DNA of 64,000 nucleotides from Veleropilina oligotropha (lineage: Eukaryota), in NCBI GenBank assembly GCA_048128005.1, contig JBEUKZ010000065.1, positions 62,001-126,000 of the forward strand. Reading direction: 5' to 3'. Shown in pieces: positions 12,524 to 24,500 of this stretch; within the stretch, counting starts at the first letter, position 1, and every line of letters begins with the position of its first letter. Position numbers and translations under genes: made by a program. The notes beneath the pieces are model-generated. The model was not told the origin of the DNA. It saw only the letters and a program-made list of their open reading frames with translations, and made no database searches.

Positions 12524-15500
12524 CTAAAAATATAAAAACAAAACGTTAAATGAAAATACTTCAGGTCCTCATTTTAAACGCAAGAGCAAAAGCCAGAAAT
12601 GGCTCGCATGTGTGAAACTGTGCAACAATCACTTATATTTGTAGAGGTCAAGTGCAAAACTCTGTAAACACCCTACTTATTTGGCGTTAACTGATTTCTA
12701 CATAGAACATAAGCCCTAAAGGGGTTTTATGCACATATAACTCTACCTGCAATAGCTATAATAATTATAATAATAAAAATAACAACTAGCGAATCCTTGA
12801 CCCAGAAAGTCGAGGGAATGTATCCCCCCCCCCCCTCCCATGATAGCAAAAATCAATAGGCACAGTGTCCTCATCATACCAAACGTGAATCAAATCTGAT
12901 TAGAACTTTTCACTGTAGATCGCCCACAAGAAATATCTTCAAATAAAATGGCCATCTTGGATCCGAAAACAAACGGAAATCGTTAGACGGCGGGTCCTCA
13001 TCATAACTAACATGCATATCAAATCTGAATTAAATCGGAACATAACTTTTCATTGTAGAGAAATCTCTTCAAGAAATCTCTTCAAATAAAATGGCCACCA
13101 CGGTGGCTATCTTGGATCCGAAAACGACGAAAATCTTTAGGCGGCATCTACCCATCATAACGAACGCGCATACCAAATATGAATCAAATCGGAAAATAGC
13201 TTTTCACTGTAGAGCACACACAGGAAATCTATCCAAACAAAATGGCAGTCACGGCGGCCATCTTCAATCCGAAAACGACGATGCGCATACCAAATTTGAA
13301 TCAAATCGGATTAGAACCTTTCACTGTAGAGCGCACACAAGAAATCTCTGCGGCGGATGCGGCGGCTGAACGATGCCTAAACCATACTATCACCGAAATG
13401 TTAAATTTCGGGGATACAATAATGGACATTTATATTGCGTTAACCTGGTTTTGTGTCTGACCTCTTCATTTCAAGATTAATGTCAGCATTCAAAGTTAGT
13501 TATCTTGATTTCGCCGCGAATTCTCTGTTCTGATTGGCTGACGTCATTTTGTTAACTGACCTTAAACACCGCCCAGCCGTGGTATATGGGATTGTTAACC
13601 AACGGTGACCCCAATCCTCTGTTCTAATTGGCTAACTGGCCGTCAAGGGAAATAATTCAGCCTTACTGAAGCCGTTGATTTCGTTTATAAATGAACCAAA
13701 TTGGGACTCTGTTAATCAATCCTCACAGTAAGAAATCAAGTAAAATCAAGATAAATACGTTGTCGAACGTCTTGGTAAATACATTGGATTGAATACCTCA
13801 TAACGTTAAACCACTCGGCGCTAGCGCTTCATGGTTTAACTTTATTCGGTATTCACGGCGACATCGTCCGACAACTTATAATGACATTGAAATAGTTATA
13901 TAAAGCATACCATGCCAGCAAAGAATGCCCATGGCTGTATATATGGTAAAATTTTCCAAAAGTCCAAAAGTATCATTTTGAGTAAAATTTCAATTAAATT
14001 GCTTTGAATATTACTACTCTACGTTACATGACATTGAAATAGTTATGTACTATGACAAAGGAACGACGTCAAAATACGCCTATTGCAAGCCTAAGAAACT
14101 TGATCCATAATTACAAAAGTTACATTTTACCGGTGAGGGCAGGTTATCCCAGGCAATTGGAATTTCCTCCTGCGATAATATGGACACGTACAGTTCACTT
14201 ATGAACGGGGCATCAAGCAATGATCCAAACCAAAATCATGGATAGAGAGACAAAACAATCCACTCACCGTTACTGCTCAGGTCGGTGTTTGTTGCCTGAT
14301 CTTTCATTGGCTGTTCTTTTATGAGGTTTTTCCGCCTCCGTTTTTTCTGTCGGGCATTTTGAGAGGACGTACACTCGCTACCAGCATTCGATCTTTGACC
14401 CGAGTCATAGGACTGACCAGGCGACTCATAAAAATGTTCATTTCTCTTTAAATCACGATATTCTGGTGGGGGTCTGGCTAAATCTCCCTGGTACGCCACT
14501 CTATGGTTGGCCATGCACAGATCTGAGGGGCCACCTGGACATGAAACACAGAAGAAACGATTTACACAGGCGACAAGAACATGTCCATATTATCGCGTAG
14601 TGGGATCAATCAATGTTTGAAGTAGAAATTTGAAGCTACTTTCAGCTTTGTTATACAATTGCATCATGCATTTTTTATTTTAATTTTATTTTAACTGTCC
14701 TTAATTTCACATGAGGGGGCAGCATGGCAGAGAGTGAGTACGGTGATGGTCTACCTGCAAAGCTGACTCTCCTGGGAACATACCCTGAGAGTGTTGGGGA
14801 ATGTTTCCCATGAGCGCTGTCTCCATTGCACACAGTACCAATTCATTTCACCATTCAAAGTTGATAGACCCAGTTTATGACTGAAATACTGTTGGCGTGG
14901 CATGGTCGTGAACATCCATTCATCATCATCACCTTAAATATACGCTAGACTGAAGTTGAGTGGCCGATCCTATTGCTATTCTCACCCCCATGTGGATTAT
15001 TGCTATGATGTATGCTGTTACAATTGGTATCGCTGCTCCCCGTGTGGTTTGATCCGCCTGTATTCGAATGCCCATCAATAGACCTCTGTAAAATACAAAA
15101 AACACGCAAATAAAATCTGTACATCGGATAATCTCACAATCAATACAATCACATCGGATAATCTCACATTCACATACATGCAAATATAAACTGTACATCG
15201 GATAATCTCACAATCGACACAATCACATACATGCAAATATAAACTTTATATCGGTATCCATCCCATGGCAGCCACCTTGATGCGAAAATGAACAAAATCG
15301 TCCATATCAAATTTCAAGGAAATCGGATTATAACAGCTGACTGTCGAGTGCAACACAAGAAGTCTCAGATAACCCGGAGAAAAGATGACAAATACATACT
15401 GTATCTCGGATCATTTTCTGGGGATAAAAACAATACCTGTCTTGTTAGCGATCGTAACAGTCGATCTTCGTAAAAATGATTTGGTGATCAAACAAATCAA

Positions 15501-18500
15501 ACACAGCAGCCCTTACCTTTGGCGTGGAGTTCATGTCGTGTCGGTCTACCTCCGACATAGGGTTGACATTGATGTGCATCTGCTGGTGACCTTGACGAGG
15601 ACCGTGGCCGTTGGACACTCCGCTGTTGATCCCATTCAGCATGAACCCGTTGGAATACTTCTTCCGCATGTTATCCGAGTAAATCCGTTGGGATGAATCC
15701 TGGAACTTGGATCGCTGATCTTCATTTAAGCCTGAAAAGTACGATCACACACAATCAATCACTGCTTACAGATTTTGTTTAACAGACATTTATGCTCAAA
15801 ACAAATAACATTAAAATCCTGAGGAAAATTCTGTAATGTGCCTATATAACATTTCATCCAATGTTCTAAAAGTAAATAACCACGTTATCAATATCGTGTC
15901 AGATTTACAGACGTGTCTAAGTAAATATTAATCCATGAATTCGGACATACAGTATCGCAATACAAACATGGCAATATACCATCTCTTCTGTACAGTACTT
16001 TATCTGTACTTAACACCGTCTACTAACATCCCATTATCCCTCATGTCTTTCCCTTACCAACAGTGTCAATCTGCCATTTTCACTCATGACTCATCATCTC
16101 TTACGTGTCATGTTCCTTCTTCTCTTGGCCGTACACGGCATCCTCCTCATTCCCACCATCCTACTCCTTCTCACTCATTATCTTCATATCCACGTTCTCT
16201 CTCTCTACCTTATCCACCATCCTTCCCTCTCTCTCTCTCTCTACCTTATCCACCATCCTTCCCTCTCTCTCTCTACCTTATCCACCATCCTTCCCTCTCT
16301 CTCTACCTTATCCACCATCCTTCCCTCTTTCTCTCTCTCTACCTTATCCACCATCCTTCCCTCTCTCTCTACCTTATCCACCATCCTTCCCTCTCTCTCT
16401 CTCTACCTTATCCACCATCCTTCCCTCTCTCTCTCTCTACCTTATCCACCATCCTTCCCTCTCTCTCTCTCTCTACCTTATCCACCATCCTTCCCTCTCT
16501 CTCTCTACCTTATCCACCATCCTGCCCTCTCTCTCTCTCTCTACCTTATCCACCATCCTTCCCTCTCTCTCTCTACCTTAGCCACCATCCTTCCCTCTCT
16601 CTCTCTACCTTATCCACCATCCTTCCCTCTCTCTCTCTCTACCTTATCCACCATCCTTCCCTCTCTCTCTCTCTACCTTATCCACCATCCTTCCCTCTCT
16701 CTCTCTACCTTATCCACCATCCTTCCCTCTCTCTCTCTACCTTATCCACCATCCTTCCCTCTCTCTACCTTATCCACCATCCTTCCCTATCTCTCTCTAC
16801 CTTATCCACCATCCTTCCCTCTCTCTCTCTCTCTACCTTATCCACCATCCTTCCCTCTCCCTCTCTCTACCTTATCCACCATCCTTCCCTCTCTCTCTCT
16901 CATCCACACTGCCTGCTCCCCTTTTCTTTTTCTTTACTCGACATCCTCCCCCTTACCCCTCTTTCTCTCTCCCTTCTCTTTCCCCCCTTACTGGCCATCA
17001 CCCCTTATCACCCATCCTCCCCCTTACCGGCCATCCTTCTCTGTTGCCTCTGTTTCCACCAGCACATGACCATGAATATGATGAGGAGGAGCATCATCAG
17101 CCCCAGCACACCCCCCAGGATCATGTACAGCATCTCGCTGCTCGACTCCGTCCCCGTCTTCTGGCGCCCTTTGGATTCCGTCGTCGTGACAATGGGAAAC
17201 GTGGGCAGCACAGGCGTCCGTGGTCCATCCTGGCCGGTCCCTTTATCAGAGAAAGGAGACAATTTGTTAGGAATCTGGAATCCACTGGCTGGAAGATAGG
17301 ATAGAGATAAAGATTTCATTAAAGAAGCAGGAGGAAGAGGGTTCACAAGCATACAATACAGATATGGAGTTAGTGTAGAGTAAGGATTGCCAAGGTAAGC
17401 ATGCAGATAACAATGCTGAATTAATATCCATTGCATCATCAGTGCCACCAATTTAATAATGAAGTTACAATACGTGACATTAACAATGCATTGAATGGTG
17501 GACCATGTATTAATAGACATGCCACAATCAAAACATCTTACTAGTATAATAGTCGATAATTTTGAAAGCCAGGCTGTTTGTACTTTTGCAATCAAAAGGT
17601 GAAAGTTGAGGATCGACATACACCTGGAGTCGACATATATTTGAATCTGAAATGCGGTGTATGCTTTTGGTTAAGGTGCTTTGACGATCTAAATATTGAC
17701 CTGCAGGACTATTTATAGACCAAACTAGTCAACACAACGTTGATGATAACTTTTATACGATGCTTAGACCAATGAGAGGAAGAAGCATCAGCAGCCTTAT
17801 AATACTACTCTGAGAGCAGTATTCTCACCGATGGTCCTCTCGACGACAATGTTGCTGGAATGGCTGCTTCCGGCGGAATTGAATGCCTCCATTTTGATGC
17901 TGTATTCGGTGTCGGACTCCAGCTTCATCAGCAAGTACCGCCTGAGTCCCTCTCCGAACAGCATCACGCGCTTGAAGGCACCGTCATCGTTATATGGTTT
18001 GAAATACAGGAAGAAACCCTCGATTGGTGCCATAGCCTCGGATTCGTACTGAAATTAGAATAATAGAGAGAGATCACTGACAAGATTTAATCGCAGGAAA
18101 CAAGGATGATTTGATTTTACCGTTATGTATCTGCACTAATATTTTCTTACTTTACGTGTGATATCTAGTTAATTATGAGAATGGAAAGAACAAGGTAAAG
18201 CTCACATTCTTTGTAAAAAGACGGCATTAGCTGTGAAAAATAACTCGGATACAACAAGGAACCGCAATTTCCGACAAGAACTACAACATGTTGGTATCAC
18301 ATGATAAGAAGCTGCAAACAGCATTGCTGTCAATCATTCATACTTGAGAAAACTAGTAGCAAGTTCCAGTAGGAACCAAGTGTTAGCAATTTAAGACTTT
18401 AAAATGAATGTGGGTTAATTCAATGAACAAATTGCTATGAGAATAAAGATGCTGCTCTTCATGGATTGATGCAGCTACTAGACGTGTACCCTCACCCTCC

Positions 18501-21500
18501 ACTTGATGGCGATGGCGTGCACACTCTGATGTAGAATGGGGTCGGCCTCAACGATGATTGGGCCCTCGCTCGGCTTCATCGGCGCGACGGGTGGCTGAAC
18601 CTCCAGCGTGAAGCGGTCAGAGTTGGGGCCGATCAGGTTGTCGTTGTCCATGTAGACGGCTGCGATGCGGAACCGGTAGGTAGCTCCTGCAAGCAAAACA
18701 TGTACACGAGGTTATAGAATGTAACATGTAACATGCTCATTATATATTAAATATGTGGCATACAAGAATATAAAATGTTAAATACTATCAATGATTTATA
18801 AATAAGTCATCTATACAATGATAAAGACCCATTCAAAAGAAGAAGCATGATCATGTTATCTGGGGGCAGTTTCACATACATGACTTAGGTTATAGCCTAA
18901 GTCGGTTATTTTCACGAAACAAAATGGTGGACGCCACCCGTTTCGAATATCATTTAGCAAATTAAACATATTTTAATTTTACATTGAGGCATACCACTAC
19001 TTTAAATATAAAGTCATTTTCAAGAAAATATATTATTATCGTAAATTAGAGATAATAATTATTAGTTTAGAAAGAAAACAAATGAATGCAAATCGTCGTA
19101 CATTTCGCTCCAGGGAGACAACTCTACCATATCGCCTTATTTTGACAGCATGTTGAATCTTGAAATAGCTAGTCGACTATCAAATTCTTAGCCACCAATG
19201 CAGCCGGCTAAGGATCATAGCCATCTAAGGCAGAGTTGTCTCCCTGGAGCGAAATGTACGACGATTTGCATACATTTGTTTTCTTTCTAAAATAATAATT
19301 ATTATCTCTAATTTACGATAATAATATATTTTCATGAAAATGACTTATATTTAAAGTAGTGGTATGCCTCAATGTAAAATTAAAAATATGTTCAATTGGC
19401 TAAATGATATTCGAAGCGGGTGGTGTCCACCATTTTGTTTCGTGAAAATAACTGACTTAGGCTATAGCCCAAGTCATGTACGTGAAACGGCCCCCAGATA
19501 AACAGGTGTTGTGAGTACTATCTTGCAAAGCAGAAGGCAGGAGCGGCCGACACTAGAAAAGTTGGAAAGATAAAATCAAAGAGTAGACAGACTTATCCTC
19601 TGACTTATTCCCAGAACCGCACGAGTTGGTGACAAATTACCAGATCATCAGTAGTGATCCAATAATCCAGCCAAGGATTATAGGACCGATGAGGATAATT
19701 GCTCTTACCAGCATTCAGGCCAGATACTTCATGCTTCCGTAAGCGGGCCAGGATTTCCGTGTCCCCTGTTTTCCACTCTCCGCCCTTATTTTGGGAAGGC
19801 TTGAATCGGCTCTTCTTTGGCTGGACTCTCTTATATTGGACCCGGAAGAACTTGACGGACATGCCGTCGTTGTCCCGCAGACTCCAGGTGACCTTGACTG
19901 ACGTGTCTGAGAGCTTGGAGATCTGTGGACTCGATGGCGGCACTGAAAAAAACCCAACAGAAAAGGAATCAGATGTTGAAAACACACCACATACAGGGTA
20001 TCAGAGACGTGTGAAATATCTGAACAAGTTGGCGGTACCTAAAATAAAGCAGGAATGTTGAATGTTGTTCCGTTGAATGTTGTTACTACATATTGATAAC
20101 AAAAATTTGATGAAAATAATTAGACCATCTTTTTGTTTCATGACTTAGTTTCGTTAAACCCAACTCCAGATTAAGGAATACATAAATCCTGTCTCATTTC
20201 CAAATAATGCACTTATATCTAAAGTGCAATTGCTGCTGTCCAGAAATAGGATTGCTCAATAATAATGCATAACTCACATATATGCTCACTTTCATGTATG
20301 ATATCCATGCGTAATACTGAATTAAAATCAATTTTAAAATCAATTTAAAACACAAACTACAGACACGGATAAAAAACTATCACAATTTGTTTGTAAAACT
20401 CAACTGATTGCCAAGAAGACATAACAGCGATCACAAACCTTTCTTCTTCTTCTTTTTATTTCCATTATGTTTCTTCTTCGGTTTCTTTTGCTTTCCTCGT
20501 GATCCCTTGGGATTGGACCCAGTGCCCTTAGGTTTACTACTACCATCTGAAAGCACACCGAAACAACCATAGCATACTTGAATCAAACAAATGTTAATGA
20601 CAACTTTCCATCCAGAATCAATGAAAGAAAAGAAACTTCCATGTTATTTTCACAATTGTTCAGTTAGTTTCAACGACAAAATTTATCCTCTGACTACGAA
20701 GACCGTATTAATTGTAAAAGAATAATGCCGACTTGACTAATTCGATGACAAACGTGCACAGATGTATTATTCCAAAAGAAACTGTAGAGGAAATGCTTAA
20801 TGTCCCGTATTTAACAACTATCAGGTTCATACTACGACATGTCCACATCGTCACGGGAGAAAACCCTGGTTGTCCTGGAAAACCCTGCACCGCCAGTTAT
20901 GGATAATTGCAACTGTTAACTATGGGAAAAACTGCCCCGCCGAAAATTTGGAACCCACTCATGTAACATAGAGCGGTCAGGCGAAAGACTACATAGACCA
21001 CTTGGACTACAGAGACCACGGTGGACTACAGAGACCACGGTGGAATACAGAGACCACGGTGGACTACAGAGACCATGGTGGACTACAGAGACCACGTTGG
21101 ACTACAGAGACCACGTTGGAATACAGAGACCACGGTGGACTACAGAGACCATGGTGGACTACAGAGACCATGGTGGACTACAGAGACCACGTTGGACTAC
21201 AGAGACCACGTTGGAATACAGAGACCACGGTGGACTACAGAGACCACGGTGGACTACAGAGACCACGGTGGACTACAGAGACCACGGTGGACTACAGAGA
21301 CCACGTTGGACTACAGAGACCACGTTGGACTACAGAGACCACGTTGGAATACAGCGACCACGATGGAATACAGAGGACACGGTGGACTACAGAGACCACG
21401 GTGGACTACAGAGACCACGTTGGACTACAGAGACCATGTTGGACTACAGAGACCATGGTGGACTACAGAGACCACATTGGACTACAGAGACCACGGACTA

Positions 21501-24500
21501 CAGAGACCACGGTGGACTACAGAGACCACGGTGGACTACAGAGACCACGGTGGACTACAGAGACCACGTTGGACTACAGAGACCACGTTGGACTACAAAG
21601 ACCACGTTGGTCTACAGAGACCACGTTGGACTACAGAGACCACGGTGGACTACAGAGACCACGGTGGACTACAGAGACCACGTTGGACTACAGAGACCAC
21701 GTATGACTACAGAGACCATGGTGGACTACACCGACCACAGTGGACTACAGAGACCACGGTGGACTACAGCGACCACGTTGGCTTGTATCCACTCAGCTAC
21801 TGGTACGTCCCTCTGATTGTAAATTTATAAGCAAAGTTACCAAGAATTGATATAGTAAATCTGCAACTAAGCAAAAAGAAACAAAACAATGACAATTCAT
21901 AATGCAAAGAAATTAAGTAAAACTATCTAATCTTAGAAACATGTAGCTGAGAAATATATTATATAAAACACACCTTTCTTGTGCAGACGAATTTTAAGAA
22001 AGGCCGATGCCTTCACATGTTTGTCCTGCCTTGTGGCCACACATGAATATTTCCCACCATCGTCCATCATTAGCGAGCGGATTCTCAACGAGCCATTCGC
22101 CGCGATGTCAAAGCGATCATGCAACGAACCGTTAATTATATTGTCCTCTTTTAACCATAGGATGTTAGTGGCGCCATCAGTGCGACACAGCAAAGTTATG
22201 GTTTCGTTGATGTTAGCGGTTGTGTTAGTAGGGCCCTGTGTTATGCGCAGATCGGCTAGTAGAAAGCAAAAAGAAAACAAACGTAAGTAACAAATAAACA
22301 AAGTGCAATTACAGGGTGCAATTTTATACTTAATTGGGATCCTTACACAGTACAAGCTAACCTAATTATTTAAATGTTATCTTGACCCAGTAAAATATGA
22401 ATACTTGCATCCAATTATAAAGTTTAACTTAAAACAATATTTTAGCCTGTAGTTCAACTGCACAATTTACTAAAATAACAAAAAATACATAATTCATAAT
22501 AATTACGTCTCCAAGAACTGCTCTTTCCATTTATATTAATTAGTTTCTTTTTAGGTAGGTTTTAATTTCTTTGCAGATCAAGATTTGGAGTTTCTTGTTT
22601 ACTACTTTAAGAGTGCACTTTGTAACAGTTGATCAGAAAAGCAAACAAACTCAAGAATTATAACTTAATCGGTATAAAAAGCACCCTAAGATAGCATTAA
22701 TTGTGCAGAACAAAGGTACAACTATAATCACAATGTAAGCCATGGCTCAGAAAAATATAACAAGAAATATTCCTTGCAATCCAGTTAAATTGGTGAATCC
22801 ATATACGGATATGTATGTTTCGTCACATGTCTTAGAAACCCAGCATTTGATTTAATATAATAAATACAATGCTGCATTTGGTAGGAAAGTGTGACGAAAT
22901 GTACTGTGAGAAAGCAGCCATGTAGTACACCGTAAACAATGTATTAAACAAAACAAACAATATTATTTGTAAATACAAACAAAAATTTGAACTCTGTGTT
23001 AGATTTTGCAAGAATACAACTTTAATTTTATTACTTTCTCTTAATTAGTATTAATGTTAATAGCCTGCAACAGTGGGTTAGAATGAGATTTAATATTAAT
23101 ATGAGAAGAAAAATACAGTCATGTTCTTTTCGCATGGAACACACCATACTGATAAAAGTTTAGAGCAAATCAGATTGTACAGAGTACTCAGGTACAACAG
23201 ACATGTTTCCGCAGTTCACCCTACCTGCAGGACCGCCGACGCCACCGCCACCACCAGGGGGCACTCCGCCCTTGCCGATCACGTCGAGGTGGGCAACCGC
23301 GTAGCTGGCTCCCACTTGGTTTTTGACCATGCACTGGTAGAGACCGCTGTGGTCAATGTGGGCACTCTTGATGGTCAGAACATCTGCAGACAGAAAGAGA
23401 GTGCATGCCAATCAAACAGGGACACAGAATACATCAAATAGAGGAACATCTGCAGAGATGCCAATCAAACAGGGACACATGGAATACATTGAAAAGAGGT
23501 GTATTCACAAAACACCAATCAATCATTTGTTTCTGTATTGTGTGCTTTTTTGTCCCATTCATGGTCATATCAAGACATGTTATAATGAGGAAAGCCATGG
23601 TTATCTGGTGAAACCCAGCTCCTCATCTAGTTACGACCATAAATTCTGTTAACTTCACAAATTTTGCAACCTGGATATTCGCGGTCAATCCAGCGAAAGC
23701 ATCGCAATCAGATCTACGATCTACTTTATGGGGCCACCCACGTACGACTGTAGTAAGGCACAGTATTCAATGCACTCTCTACGATGGCACAGTATTCAAT
23801 GCACTCTCTATGATGGCACAGTATTCAATGCACTCTCTACGATGGCACAGTATTCAATGCACTCTCTACAATGGCACAGTATTCAATGCACTCTCTACGA
23901 TGGCACAGTATTCAATGCACTCTCTACGACGGCGAGTCAAGCATGGTCACAGCTCGCGTATCAATTTTCTCCCCTTTTCCCCCATGCTAATATGACCTTG
24001 TATATATTTAATGGAACACTATGAACATCATATCAAATCGTAGCCATAGCCCCTGCCCGAACCAGATGGTCCAAACTGTTTAAAGTTCCAAAATGACTCC
24101 ATTATCTTCACCCTATGTTTTACCTGTTATAACTACATTGCCATCCTCAATGACTGGGCGAGCGTTGTGGTACCACTGAATAGACTTCGTGCCGTAAACA
24201 TCACACTCCAAAGTTACCTCATTTCCAGATGCAATAACTGTATTAGGTTTGCGAATTTTTGCAGTTGGAAGTTCTGAAATAATATCAAGAATGTATTACA
24301 GCAAATCGTACATACAGGCACTTGAATTAGTGATATGAAACCATATCGAAGACAATTTTCAATTAAAAGGAAAGTTTGGAATTTAACCACAGGCAGCATT
24401 TAACGTTCCTAAATGTTAAAGAGTTGAGTAAATTCCATTGGGCTGTTTATGCATATATATGTATACCTATGCACATTTTTTCATCAAACTTCTCCTTTTA

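Noticed and set aside
14929..15198. ORF-track frame with a hydrophobic stretch (second TM segment?)
   Set aside because: Wrong frame; the splice phases require the RSIDGHSN... frame.
15935..17299. 454-aa and overlapping + strand ORFs
   Set aside because: Translations of the CT-rich minisatellite and the antisense strand of the TM exon.
21002..21830. Three long ORFs, or a CRISPR-like array
   Set aside because: A 19-bp tandem repeat that is open in all frames, with no unique spacers, no cas genes and a eukaryotic context.
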